From positions 61,433 to 125,432 of the IMG/VR virus record IMGVR_UViG_3300036832_001166: a DNA stretch of 64,000 nt, one strand, 5' to 3'. Shown here one piece after another: positions 9,545-18,967 of the stretch. The DNA is from a virus. The stretch's first letter is position 1. Each line of letters begins with the position of its first letter. The translations under genes were made by a program, and so were the position numbers. The notes below the pieces were generated by a model. It saw only the letters and a list, made by a program, of their open reading frames with translations, was not told where the DNA came from and did not search any database.

Positions 9545-11043
9545 GCACCACCAGCCCCACCTCCACCGACGTCATCGACCTCACCGAGATCTTCTCCGAG
9601 ACGCTGGCGCGCGTCCGCGCTCGCATGGATCAGGACGCCAACGCGGGCCTGACCACGGACGACCCGGACTGGATCGACACCCGCGAAGGGACGTTCTACT
9701 GGGACATGACTCAGCCCGCTGCGATGGAGTGCGCGCGGCTATGGGACGCGATGACCGAGACGATCGCTGCGGCGTTCCCGTCGACCGCATGGGGCGACTA
9801 CCTCGACGAGCACGGCGCGACGTTCAACCTGTTCCGCAACCCTGCGCAGGCGGCGACCGGCTCGTTGACGTTCATCGCGTCGTCGGCGACGCTGATCGCG
9901 GCCGGGGCTCAGGCGTCGGCGGTCTCTCCGATCACCGGCGACACGCAGAGCTACCAGACGACCGCGAGCGGCACCACGAGCACGCCGCTACCCGTGCCCG
10001 GCGGCGTGACTGTCACCCCGGCCGCCTCCGGCGGCACGCTGACGGCGGGCACCCGCTACTACCACGTGACCGCGCTGAACGCGTTCGGGGAGACGACCGG
10101 CAGCGCCGACGTCGCGGGTGTCACGACGGGCACGACCGGCCAGAACACGATCGCGTGGACCGCCGTGACGGGCGCGACCTCCTACCGGGTGTACGTCACA
10201 CAGACGCCAAACTCGACCGGCCTGCTGATCGCCTCGATCACCGGCACGAGCTACGTCGACAGGGGGAGCGTCACTCCGGATCCGGCGTCGCCCGAGCCGA
10301 CGACGAACACGACGTCGGGGGTCACGCTCTCGGCGGTCGCGATGACGGCAGGCACGGCAGGCGACGCGGCCCCCAATGCCGTCACGTCGCTCGACACGGT
10401 CATGCCGACGGTGATCTCGGTCACGAACCTGGTCCCGATGGACGGCGGCGCCGAGGTCGAATCCGACGATGACTTCCGCGACCGGATCCTCGGCGAGTAT
10501 GTCGGCACCTCGGGCGGCGGCAACGTCGTGGACTACCAGCGCTGGGCAGCGTCGCAGGGCGTCGCACGCGCGGCGGTGATCCCCGCCTGGCAGGGCGCGG
10601 GCACCGTGCTGGTCATCGCCATGAACTCGAACGGCACGCCGGTCGCAAGCACGGTGGTTACGACGCTCCAGCAGTTCCTCGATCCCGTGCCGGGGCTCGG
10701 TCAGGGCCAGGCGCCGGTTGGTGCGACGGTGACCGTTGTCACGTCCTCGATCCTAGGGGTCGCGATCGTCGCCGGGGTCGACGGCGAGAACGGCTACACG
10801 CTGGACGGCACCGGCAACACCATCGCGACGCGCTCGGCGATCCTGACGGCGCTGACCACCTATCTGCAGGGCCTGCAGCCGGGCGACACCATCGTCTACA
10901 CGCACGTGCAGGCGTGCTTCTTCATCACCGGCGTCCACCAGGTGACGGGCCTGACGGTGAACGGTGGCGCAGCGAACATCACGCTCACGACTACGCCGCC
11001 GCAGGTCGCGCAGCTCGCCAGCGCAACGCTGACTGACGTCTAG
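9541..11043 (+). CDS. Baseplate J-like protein (XkdT/gp47) with inserted FN3-like domain
   Basis: DTREGTFYWD, AWGDYLDEHG, GGAEVESDDDFRDRI, GGNVVDYQRWA motifs; insert YYHVTALNAFGETTGS...IAWTAVTGATSYRVY. Confidence 0.9.
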   Translation: MSTTSPTSTDVIDLTEIFSETLARVRARMDQDANAGLTTDDPDWIDTREGTFYWDMTQPAAMECARLWDAMTETIAAAFPSTAWGDYLDEHGATFNLFRNPAQAATGSLTFIASSATLIAAGAQASAVSPITGDTQSYQTTASGTTSTPLPVPGGVTVTPAASGGTLTAGTRYYHVTALNAFGETTGSADVAGVTTGTTGQNTIAWTAVTGATSYRVYVTQTPNSTGLLIASITGTSYVDRGSVTPDPASPEPTTNTTSGVTLSAVAMTAGTAGDAAPNAVTSLDTVMPTVISVTNLVPMDGGAEVESDDDFRDRILGEYVGTSGGGNVVDYQRWAASQGVARAAVIPAWQGAGTVLVIAMNSNGTPVASTVVTTLQQFLDPVPGLGQGQAPVGATVTVVTSSILGVAIVAGVDGENGYTLDGTGNTIATRSAILTALTTYLQGLQPGDTIVYTHVQACFFITGVHQVTGLTVNGGAANITLTTTPPQVAQLASATLTDV

Positions 11044-12279
11044 ATGGCTGCCGTCCCTCTCACCGCGGGCGCGAGCGCCGTAGCGCAGGCGCTGGCAACA
11101 ACCCGCGCGGGATCCCAGCTCGTCGCTGTCGCCATCGCACGCACCGGAACGACAGCGCTCGTTCTTTGGCCCGGCGAAGCGCCGCCGGTGTCGATCGACC
11201 CTCTCGCTGTGTTCAGCACGCTGCCGGAAGTGGACCCGATTGACCTGCTCGACGAGGTGCCGCCGTACGAGCGCGAGGCCTACGAGATCCAAGCCGTGCT
11301 GCAGGTCGTCGGCAACGAGCTGCTCCGGCTTGAAACGGCACGCCAGGCGGTGGCGCTGAACTTCCTGCCCGGCAGCGCCGACGCGCTGCTGCCGATGTTC
11401 GAGCAGCTTCTCGGCCTGCCCGTCGACCCGCCCGGGCTGACGCTCGCGTCTCGTCAGCAGCTCGTGCAGGCCAGCATGCTGCGCCTGAAGGGTCAAGGCA
11501 GCGGCCTGGACTGGGAGGCAGCAATCAGCTCGCTGCTCGGCGGAAGCTGGAGTTATCAGGAGTCTGACCCGAACAAGGTGGCGACGAACTACGTCCCGAA
11601 TCCGTCGTTTGAGCGCGACACAGTCGGTCAGGCTCCGGTGGGATGGGGGAGCCATCCGGGCGGCTGGTCGCACCTTGTCACCGGGGCGACGCTGATCGTC
11701 GGCTCTGGCGGCTACGTCGGAACGCGGCGTCTGCAGGTCACCACGGCAGGCGCGACGCAGGGCATAGCCATCTCGCTCGGCGCGCTTCCCGCGGGGAACT
11801 ACACGACGCAGATTGCGGTTCGGGGGGATCAGGGCGGCGAGACGATCACCTGCGTAGCAGGTCAGGACGCAGCCTCGGTATCCACGCCGGTCATCACGCT
11901 CACCACGGCATGGCAGCTCGTCACCGTGCCGTCGTTCACCTCCGCTGGTGCGAACCCGAGCTTCGTATGCGTTCAGCAGTCGGGCGCGGGATCCGAGGTC
12001 TTCTACGTCGACGCCGTGATCACCGTACAGGGCACCTTCGTCCCCCCCTACTTCGACGGCGACACCGCCGGGGCTATCTGGAGCGGCACGCCCGGGAACA
12101 GCTCAAGCTCGTGGGCCGCCGCGGTGCCCGCTAACACCGTCTCGATCAAGATTCCCCAGGCGATGGCAGGCATCGCCTGGCCGTTCATCCGCGACCTCAC
12201 GCCCGCGCACCTCGCGATCATCGAGGGCTACTCCGACGGCTTCTTCGTCGACATCTCGACCATCGGAAGCCATCTGTGA
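11044..12279 (+). CDS. Baseplate wedge/tail protein (XkdU/gp48-like) with inserted carbohydrate-binding-module-like domain
   Basis: LPMFEQLLGLP...TLASRQQLV and IRDLTPAHL (gp48-like); NYVPNPSFE...FYVDAV resembles CBM_4_9-type modules. Confidence 0.7.
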   Translation: MAAVPLTAGASAVAQALATTRAGSQLVAVAIARTGTTALVLWPGEAPPVSIDPLAVFSTLPEVDPIDLLDEVPPYEREAYEIQAVLQVVGNELLRLETARQAVALNFLPGSADALLPMFEQLLGLPVDPPGLTLASRQQLVQASMLRLKGQGSGLDWEAAISSLLGGSWSYQESDPNKVATNYVPNPSFERDTVGQAPVGWGSHPGGWSHLVTGATLIVGSGGYVGTRRLQVTTAGATQGIAISLGALPAGNYTTQIAVRGDQGGETITCVAGQDAASVSTPVITLTTAWQLVTVPSFTSAGANPSFVCVQQSGAGSEVFYVDAVITVQGTFVPPYFDGDTAGAIWSGTPGNSSSSWAAAVPANTVSIKIPQAMAGIAWPFIRDLTPAHLAIIEGYSDGFFVDISTIGSHL

Positions 12280-12310
12280 GCGAGCCCAGACCCGAACGTA
12301 GGCTTGAGCC

Positions 12311-13462
12311 GTGAGCAAGCATCGACAGCTCAGCTACGGCCAGCCGATTCCGCAGGACTTCCTGGACGCGCTGCAGGAGTTCATCGGTAGCGCCAGCCGG
12401 AACCTGGTCCTGACACAGATCGGCACCAACCAGATCCAGATCAGCGCGGGCACCGGCAACGCGCAGGTGTCGCTCGGGATCGACGGCCTGTGGCGTTACA
12501 TCAGCTCGACCGTGCAGGCGACCGTGACCGGCGCTGCCGGGACCTACAGCATCTACGCCACCACCGGCAACAACTCATTCGCGATCAACCCGACACCGCC
12601 ACCGCCCGAGATCGACTCAACCGACTACACGTTCGCGCTGACCGCGCTGCTCAGCGGCACCCCCGGGACCGCGCACTTCCGCAAGATCGGGGAGGCGATC
12701 TTCGACGGGACGCGCATCCTGAACCTCCGCCAGCTCGTCGGCGGCATGGACGGCGCGCAGCTCTGGCAGCCGGGCGACATCAAACTGACCGGCGCGGCCG
12801 CCCCCGCCGCCGGATGGCTTGCCTGTGACGGCTCCGCGGTGAGCCGTGCTACCTACCCGGCGCTGTTCGCGGCACTCGGCGGCACCACCTCGCCGTGGGG
12901 TCAGGGCGACGGTTCGACCACGTTCAACGTGCCCGACTTTCGCAGCCGCGCTCCGATCGGAGCGGGCCAGGGCGCGGGCCTGACCAACCGCGTCCAAGGC
13001 TCCTACGGCGGCGGGACGCTTGATGTGGCCAATCCCAAGCGCGGCGAGGAGACTCACGTGCTGGCCGCGGCTGAGTCGGGCACCAACGGCAGCGGCGGTA
13101 CCGGCATCGACTCCAACGACCACTCGCACGGCGTCAACATCAACAGCGGCGGCGCGAGCGCCCGGCACAACCACTACACGGTCGGCAATGCCCAGGCGGT
13201 GCCGTCGGCAGGAAGCTGGCCGGAGGCCGCTGGCGGTGCGAGCATCTCCGCCGGGGCCTACCCGTATATGTATCCCGGCGCGAGCTTCACCGGCAGTCAG
13301 GTTGGAACCAGCAACGACCTGCAGGACCACGCGCACAACGTCAACGGCGGCACCAGCGGGGTCAGTGCCTGGCACACGCACGCGCTCACCGCGCGCAATG
13401 CCGACAGCGCGCACAACAACATGCCCCCCTGGGTGGCGGCGCTCTACATCATCAAGACGTGA
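12311..13462 (+). CDS. Tail fibre protein with phage tail-collar domain
   Basis: PGDIKLT...GWLACDGSAVSRATYPALFAAL...GDGSTTFNVPDFRSR and C-terminal HNNMPPWVAALYIIKT; His repeats (HSH, HNH, HAH, HTH) typical of metal-binding fibre needles. Confidence 0.9.
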   Translation: MSKHRQLSYGQPIPQDFLDALQEFIGSASRNLVLTQIGTNQIQISAGTGNAQVSLGIDGLWRYISSTVQATVTGAAGTYSIYATTGNNSFAINPTPPPPEIDSTDYTFALTALLSGTPGTAHFRKIGEAIFDGTRILNLRQLVGGMDGAQLWQPGDIKLTGAAAPAAGWLACDGSAVSRATYPALFAALGGTTSPWGQGDGSTTFNVPDFRSRAPIGAGQGAGLTNRVQGSYGGGTLDVANPKRGEETHVLAAAESGTNGSGGTGIDSNDHSHGVNINSGGASARHNHYTVGNAQAVPSAGSWPEAAGGASISAGAYPYMYPGASFTGSQVGTSNDLQDHAHNVNGGTSGVSAWHTHALTARNADSAHNNMPPWVAALYIIKT

Positions 13463-13541
13463 GCCACCGTGTATCCTGCGAGGCGCGAGGACGCGAACGG
13501 CCCTCACTCCTCGGTCGGGATTGAAGCGTTCGCGTCTCGCT

Positions 13542-13572
13542 GAAACGGCCGCCCCACAGAGGCGGCCGTTTC
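13542..13572. terminator. Bidirectional intrinsic terminator between convergent tail and recombination operons
   Basis: GAAACGGCCGCC-ccacaga-GGCGGCCGTTTC perfect 12-bp stem. Confidence 0.8.
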
Positions 13573-13612
13573 TGTTCCCGACCCCCAGGTAGGGAGGGGG
13601 GCCCGGAAAGGC

Positions 13613-14548
13613 TTACGCGGCGGTTGTGGGGCTCTCGGGAGCATCCTCGACGGCTTCGCCCTCGATGGGGAGCGATCCGCCGTGGCGCAGCACGAAGTCG
13701 GTGACCTCCTGCAAGATCGCGGTCCGCTGCGCCTGATCGGCTCCGGCGAGCTTGAGCCGCACCTTCTGCGGCAGGAAGCTGCCAGGCCGCAGCCGGTTGG
13801 CCTCCTTGAACGCGCCCTGTAGACGCCGCCCCAGCTCCTCGTCCGGACCCCAGTCGGGCTCCTGCTCGACCGCCTGGTCGGCCTCGACGATCCCGCCGAC
13901 CCGCTCGTCGTAGTGGGCGCCGACCTCGTCCTCGGGGATCAGGCCGGTGATCGAGAACGCCTTGCGTAGCGCCATCGACTCCGCGACCTTCAGGATCATC
14001 GCGTCCGGGTAGTTGGTCCACGCCTTGTTGCTGCGCTTGTAGCTCGCGTACTTGGCCAGGAAGAACGTCGGCTTGCGCCCGTCGCGGAACACGCGGCACC
14101 ACGAGCCGACGATGTTGGACGTCAGCCGCTCCATCGCCGCCACCGGCGCGTAGGTGTGAACGAAACCGTCAGGGCCGCGGGCGATGACGTCCTGGGCGTA
14201 GATGACGTCGCCCTCCATGCCGCCGAACGCGTCGTTGCGGTTGGCGATGGCCAGCAGCCCGTCGCGGGCGACGATCGTCTGGTAGCTCGGCGGCTCGCCG
14301 TCCTTGCCCGGCATCTTCGCCAGGTACACCTGCTTGGCGAACGGGTCGAGCTGGTAGCGCCCGACCAGCTCCAGGAACATCAGGAACGCGTTGTCGTCAG
14401 CGCCGCGGGCGACGGTCCGTTTCATCAGCGCGAGCTGCTCGTTATCGAACGCGAACCGCGCCGGATGCGTCAGCGGCGTCGGCATCGCCCTGACCGTCAG
14501 CTTGCTTCCGGGCCTCTCGGCCTCTGGCTTTACCTCGGTCTCAGCCAT
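13613..14548 (-). CDS. bet: Single-strand annealing recombinase (Bet/RecT family)
   Basis: LDPFAKQVY, IVARDGLLAIA, WTNYPDAMILKVAESMALRKAF; AGAGGAG RBS before ATG at 14548. Confidence 0.85.
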   Translation of the reverse strand: MAETEVKPEAERPGSKLTVRAMPTPLTHPARFAFDNEQLALMKRTVARGADDNAFLMFLELVGRYQLDPFAKQVYLAKMPGKDGEPPSYQTIVARDGLLAIANRNDAFGGMEGDVIYAQDVIARGPDGFVHTYAPVAAMERLTSNIVGSWCRVFRDGRKPTFFLAKYASYKRSNKAWTNYPDAMILKVAESMALRKAFSITGLIPEDEVGAHYDERVGGIVEADQAVEQEPDWGPDEELGRRLQGAFKEANRLRPGSFLPQKVRLKLAGADQAQRTAILQEVTDFVLRHGGSLPIEGEAVEDAPESPTTAA

Positions 14549-15746
14549 TCTGTCTCCTCTGTTCGGCCAGCTCCAGAGAGGCGCGGAGCTGCTCCTCCAG
14601 GTCGGGCTCTGGTTCCATCTGCGGCTTAGGGATGTGGATGTCGAAGCGCGTGCCGATCTCGTCACGGTAGAGATCCTCCGGCGACCGGCCCGTCGCCAGC
14701 GCGTTCGCGGTCTCCTCCCGCGTCGGGCGCCGGACCCGCTTCTGGACGCGGTGGCCGTACACCCGGTTGGCTTTCGCGTCACGGACCGGCACCGGCCCAT
14801 GCACCGCCGCCCACGCCTTCAGCGCCTCCTTGTTCTGAGCGATCGCCTTCTCGCCGACCAGTACCTGCTCGACGGCCAGCTCCGCCTCCTCCTCGCTGCG
14901 GATCGCACCGCGGCGCCGGGCCTTCGGGAAGATCGGGCAGGCCATCGGCCGCGGGCAGTGGCCGCAATGGTTGCCGGGGCTCGGATGCCACACGTCCTCC
15001 TGCACCGACCGGTCAAACCGCTCGATCAGCGCCGCCATGCTCTGCTCGATCTCCGGGAGCTGATCGCGGTACAGCGTCGCCTCCCGCGGCTGCGAGTACC
15101 GCGGATAGAACTCCCGCAGCGTGATCGACGTGAACGGCAGATGGTTGCGGAAGCACAGCAGCGCGTACGCCCGCTGCTGGAAGAACCCCGACTCGGAGAT
15201 CTCCGACGGCGGCGGCAGCCACCAGCCTGTTTTCCAATCCAGGACGATGCCGCGCTCCAGGTTCTCGCCCTCCGCGAACAGGGCGTCGAGCTGCCCGGAG
15301 AAGATCCGCTCGACCGAGCCGCCGTCCGGGTTGGGGTAGTACAGCGTCGCGGCTAGGCGCTCCTCGACCGACACGAGCCCGGCGATGTTCCAGTCCGTCT
15401 CGTGGCAGAACTTCTTGGTCATCCAGATCAGGTCATTGATCTCCTTCATCGGGCAGGTGACCATGTCCTCGATCGGAACGTCGGCCTGCCGCAGCGTCTC
15501 CATCAGGATCGCCAGGCCGACATCAACCTCGATCCGCTCCTCGTCGCGTGCCGCCATCTCGCGCATCATCTTCGCGGCGGCGCGGTGCCAGATGATCCCG
15601 CGTCCGGCCGCCGAGTCAGACCACGTCTTGCGGTAGCGGCGCTCAAACAGGCTGCCGAGCCCGCACTCGTCGAACGCCGACAGAGTGCTCTGGCGCACGG
15701 ACGGGAACTCCTCCAGCGCCCTGGGATACGGCGTGCGCGCGATCAT
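14541..15746 (-). CDS. PD-(D/E)XK exonuclease (RecB/RecE-like partner of Bet)
   Basis: GQLDALF...VLDWKTG...QQRAYA...CGHCP..C; adjacent to bet; preceded by CCGACCGAGGAG. Confidence 0.85.
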   Translation of the reverse strand: MIARTPYPRALEEFPSVRQSTLSAFDECGLGSLFERRYRKTWSDSAAGRGIIWHRAAAKMMREMAARDEERIEVDVGLAILMETLRQADVPIEDMVTCPMKEINDLIWMTKKFCHETDWNIAGLVSVEERLAATLYYPNPDGGSVERIFSGQLDALFAEGENLERGIVLDWKTGWWLPPPSEISESGFFQQRAYALLCFRNHLPFTSITLREFYPRYSQPREATLYRDQLPEIEQSMAALIERFDRSVQEDVWHPSPGNHCGHCPRPMACPIFPKARRRGAIRSEEEAELAVEQVLVGEKAIAQNKEALKAWAAVHGPVPVRDAKANRVYGHRVQKRVRRPTREETANALATGRSPEDLYRDEIGTRFDIHIPKPQMEPEPDLEEQLRASLELAEQRRQNG

Positions 15747-15888
15747 GCGCGGGGTCCTCCTCGGTCGGTTGAGACCATCCTGGCAGGCACGTCGGACGGT
15801 ACTCCGACATCATCCGAATCGAAGTACCGGCGCGTCCTGCATCCAGCGTAGAGTCCGAGCCCGTGTCCCGACCGAACCCGCCCGCTCC

Positions 15889-16476
15889 ATGACCGAAACA
15901 GCCGTTCGGGCTCGGGCGTGGCACCGGCAGGTAGTCGGCAGTCCGCCCAAACCGTGCGCCAAATGCAAGGGCAGGGTGCGCGTGCAAGGCCACCACATCA
16001 TCACGCAGGTGAGGCTTGAGCGCGTCGAGCGCGAGCGTCATCTGGAGCCCGGCACCCTGGTCTGGGATCCACGCTCAGGTGTCGTCCTTTGTGAGCGATG
16101 CCACGCCCGGCATACGAACGCTTTCAGCCGCATGTCACGCTCGCTGCTCACCGCGGAGAACTGGGCGTTCATCAACGAGCTGGAGCTTGACTGGTGGATT
16201 GCTCGCTACTACCCGGCGCCCCCGGCGGGACACGAACCCCACACCGAACCCCGAGGAGAGCGCAATGGCACGGCAGAACAGCAACGGCCAGGTCGTCGAC
16301 GAGCAGGGCGAGCGGGAGTCATTGGACGACATGGACGGGCCGGAGGTGCTGGGCTCCCCGATCGAGGGCACAGCGGAGCAGCTCAGCTTCGATCTCGGGT
16401 CCGAGTGGGATCTGTCGGACTCGACGCTGAAACTGGCGCCGGTGCCGCCGCTGGCGGTGCAGGGACAGTTCTCTGA
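15889..16476 (+). CDS. HNH-like Zn-binding protein (3' end overlaps the next gene)
   Basis: CAKC...QGHHII...GVVLCERCH; the C-terminal ~70 codons run into the next gene and look non-coding. Confidence 0.55.
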   Translation: MTETAVRARAWHRQVVGSPPKPCAKCKGRVRVQGHHIITQVRLERVERERHLEPGTLVWDPRSGVVLCERCHARHTNAFSRMSRSLLTAENWAFINELELDWWIARYYPAPPAGHEPHTEPRGERNGTAEQQRPGRRRAGRAGVIGRHGRAGGAGLPDRGHSGAAQLRSRVRVGSVGLDAETGAGAAAGGAGTVL

Positions 16477-16615
16477 GGGTGACCGGGTCAGGGTCGTGCT
16501 GGAGATCGAGGTGGAGTACATCGCCTTCCCGCCGATCAAGGACAAGGGGTTCAGGGTCGGCACCGAGCGCCGACACTTCGGGCAGATCTTGTCTGCCGCT
16601 CACCTGACGGACTAG
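16265..16615 (+). CDS. Hypothetical acidic protein
   Basis: GAGGAG RBS before ATG 16265; phage-like codon usage. Confidence 0.7.
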   Translation: MARQNSNGQVVDEQGERESLDDMDGPEVLGSPIEGTAEQLSFDLGSEWDLSDSTLKLAPVPPLAVQGQFSEGDRVRVVLEIEVEYIAFPPIKDKGFRVGTERRHFGQILSAAHLTD

Positions 16616-16686
16616 CCCGCAAACTGCGGGATCTTTCCGGTTGTGGGCGCCCGGGGGCGGGTGTAACGTGAATGGTCTACCGGCCA

Positions 16687-16705
16687 AAGCGCACGTCGTG
16701 TGCTC
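16687..16705 (+). promoter_or_regulatory. Palindromic operator copy downstream of a sigma70-like promoter (TTGTGG-N17-TAACGT, 16640-16668) for the primase-helicase
   Basis: AAGCGCAC-GTC-GTGTGCTC matches the genome-wide TAGCRCAC-N3-GTGTGCTA consensus. Confidence 0.55.
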
Positions 16706-16752
16706 GGCTGTCTTGTTCGCGTGGAACGGGCCCGGCGGGCCCTGGAGGTCGT

Positions 16753-18564
16753 ATGCCGTCTGAGGCTGTCACCAAGGTGCTGTCCCGTCTGTGGGCGTTG
16801 GACTGTGACGCGAAGGGCTCAGAGCAGCACGGCTGGAACGCCAAGTGCCCGGCGCACGAGGACCGCAGCCCGAGCCTGAAGCTCGACCAGGGCGACGACG
16901 GCCGCGCGCTGATCTACTGCCACGCCGGATGCACCCTGGAGGCGCTGACGGCCGCGATGGCGCTGGACCCCTCAGACCTGTTTGAGGCCGAGCCCGCGCC
17001 GATCCCCGAGCGGGTCGTGATCGAACGCTACGACTACGTCGACGAGGACGGTACGTTGCTGTTCCAGGTCGAGCGGATGCGCCCCAAGGCGTTCCGCCAG
17101 CGCCGCCCCAACGGCCACGGCGGCTGGGAGTACTCCCTCGGCGATGTGCGCCGCGTCCTGTACCGGCTGCCGAAGGTGATCGAGGCGGTCAAGGCCGGGG
17201 AGATCATCTGTGTCGTCGAGGGCGAACGCGACGTCCACACCCTGGAGGGCAAGGGCAAGGTCGCGACGACGTGCCCCGGCGGCGCCGGGAAGTGGCGCGA
17301 CCAGTACTCAGAGACGCTCCGCGGCGCGAAGGTCGCGATCATCCAGGACGCCGACCCGCTCGATCCGAAGACCGGCAAGCGCCCCGGCCAGGATCACGCC
17401 CTGCAGGTCCGCGCGGCGTTGGACGGCGTCGCTGCTGCTGTCAAGGTGTTCCAGCCCGCCGTCGGCAAGGACGTCACCGACCACGTGAAGGGTGGCCTGC
17501 CGCTGTCTGAGCTGGTCGACGTCACCGACGGGGAGCCTGCTAGACCGAAGATGGAGGTGCTGTCCGCGCGCGCCATGATGGAGCTGCCGGACCCTGACCA
17601 GGAGGGGTACCTGCTCGGCCCGCTGATCTACCGCGGGCACCGCATCGTGATCGGCGGCTGGACCGGCCACGGAAAGACCACCTTCTGCATGCACATGGTC
17701 GCCTCCGCCGTCGAGGGCCGCGAGTTCCTGCGGCCCGGCTGGACCGGCAAGGGCAAGCTCAAGGCGCTGGTCGTCGACGTCGAGCAGGGCACCAAGACCG
17801 TCAAACGCGTGCTCCGCGAGGTTGGCCTGGACCGCTCCGAGCAGGTGCAGTACCTACGCGTCGCTGACGGGCTCGCGCTCGACAACGACCCGGACGCGAT
17901 CGCGTTCATGGAGAAGACGCTGCACGAGGGCCACTTCGACATCGTCCTTGCCGACCCGCTGTACAAGCTCGGCCGCGGCGATCTCAACGACGCGCGCGCC
18001 GCCACCGACCTGATGCGCCGGTTCGATGACTGGCGTGAGCGCTACGAGTTCGCGCTGCTGCTGCCTATGCACTGCCGCAAGCCGAAGGAGACCGCCAAGC
18101 TGTCCGCGCATGACTTGTTTGGAAGCAGTGCCTATCAATGGGGTGCCGAGGCCCTGCTCGGGATCGAGCGCAAGAGCCGGTCGCTCACCTGGCTGCACTG
18201 GTGGAAAGACCGCGAGGGCGAGCTGGTCGAGGACGGCGCGCAGCTCGGCGGCCACTGGAACCTGCACTTCGACCGGCGCCGCGGGTTTGAGAAGTACCCC
18301 GAGCATGAGCAGGACAAGCTCGTCGAGGTGTCCGCCACCCCCCGCTTCGATCTCGACGAGTTCTGCCTCGACGCGATCAAGCAGCTCGGCACCGCCACCC
18401 GCGAGGACATCCACCGCCGCCTGCGCCACCAGGGCCGACTCGATGTCAGCGTCGCGAAGATCACCCGCGCCTGCGAGCGACTCGGCGGCCGCGGCGTCAT
18501 GAGCAACGGCGAACACTTCCTCAAGGACCGCGCCTACTACCTCCAGGACGAGCTGACGGTGTAG
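16753..18564 (+). CDS. DNA primase-helicase (Zn finger + TOPRIM + AAA_25/RepA-type helicase)
   Basis: CPAHEDRSPSL...YCHAGC Zn finger; VVEGERD and QDAD TOPRIM motifs; Walker A GWTGHGKTT; Walker B IVLADP; GGAGG RBS. Confidence 0.9.
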   Translation: MPSEAVTKVLSRLWALDCDAKGSEQHGWNAKCPAHEDRSPSLKLDQGDDGRALIYCHAGCTLEALTAAMALDPSDLFEAEPAPIPERVVIERYDYVDEDGTLLFQVERMRPKAFRQRRPNGHGGWEYSLGDVRRVLYRLPKVIEAVKAGEIICVVEGERDVHTLEGKGKVATTCPGGAGKWRDQYSETLRGAKVAIIQDADPLDPKTGKRPGQDHALQVRAALDGVAAAVKVFQPAVGKDVTDHVKGGLPLSELVDVTDGEPARPKMEVLSARAMMELPDPDQEGYLLGPLIYRGHRIVIGGWTGHGKTTFCMHMVASAVEGREFLRPGWTGKGKLKALVVDVEQGTKTVKRVLREVGLDRSEQVQYLRVADGLALDNDPDAIAFMEKTLHEGHFDIVLADPLYKLGRGDLNDARAATDLMRRFDDWRERYEFALLLPMHCRKPKETAKLSAHDLFGSSAYQWGAEALLGIERKSRSLTWLHWWKDREGELVEDGAQLGGHWNLHFDRRRGFEKYPEHEQDKLVEVSATPRFDLDEFCLDAIKQLGTATREDIHRRLRHQGRLDVSVAKITRACERLGGRGVMSNGEHFLKDRAYYLQDELTV

Positions 18565-18841
18565 GCGCGATCGCGATGGAGCCCCCACCCCGATAGGGCC
18601 ACCAAGGGGACCACGGTCGCTCCTCGCCTGGAGCGGAGGCCGTCCGGTAGACCATTGAAGCGCGGAGCTTGTAGCCCGGGAACGGGGTGAAGTGCGTGGC
18701 GCGCTGAGGTCGACGGAGCCCGACGAACTGTCGATGGACTCAGCGTCGGAAGCTCAGGTTTTTCTGCTCCCCAGGGGCAGTAGGCCTAAGCCCTCGCCTG
18801 CCTCGGATCTTGCATCGGAAGGGCCCGACGGTAAGGGGGGG

Positions 18842-18850
18842 TGCTAACAT
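18842..18850 (+). promoter_or_regulatory. Extended -10 promoter for the stand-alone GGY-NN array
   Basis: TGC-TAACAT (TGnTAnnnT) 12 nt upstream of the first GGCCC unit, overlapped by a partial operator. Confidence 0.5.
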
Positions 18851-18862
18851 CGTGTGCGATGC

Positions 18863-18967
18863 GGCCCGGCCAGGCTGGGCTAGGCGCGGCGAGGGAGGCC
18901 CGGCAAGGCAGGGCTCGGATGGGCTTGGCGCGGGAGGAGGGATCGGCCCGATGGTCGCTCCCTCCTC
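18863..18967 (+). ncRNA. Putative guide-like ncRNA: 14 GGY-NN units plus 3' hairpin
   Basis: GGCCC GGCCA GGCTG GGCTA GGCGC GGCGA GGGA GGCCC GGCAA GGCAG GGCTC GGATG GGCTT GGCGC, then stem GAGGAGGGATCGGCC-cgat-GGTCGCTCCCTCCTC. Intergenic. Confidence 0.7.

Noticed and set aside
12617-13518. Minus-strand 296-aa ORF behind the CCGACCGAGGAG copy at 13507-13518
   Set aside because: Its GTG overlaps the SD itself, it lies antisense to the tail fibre and downstream of a terminator, and it has shadow-frame composition. The motif is probably a relic of a lost cassette.
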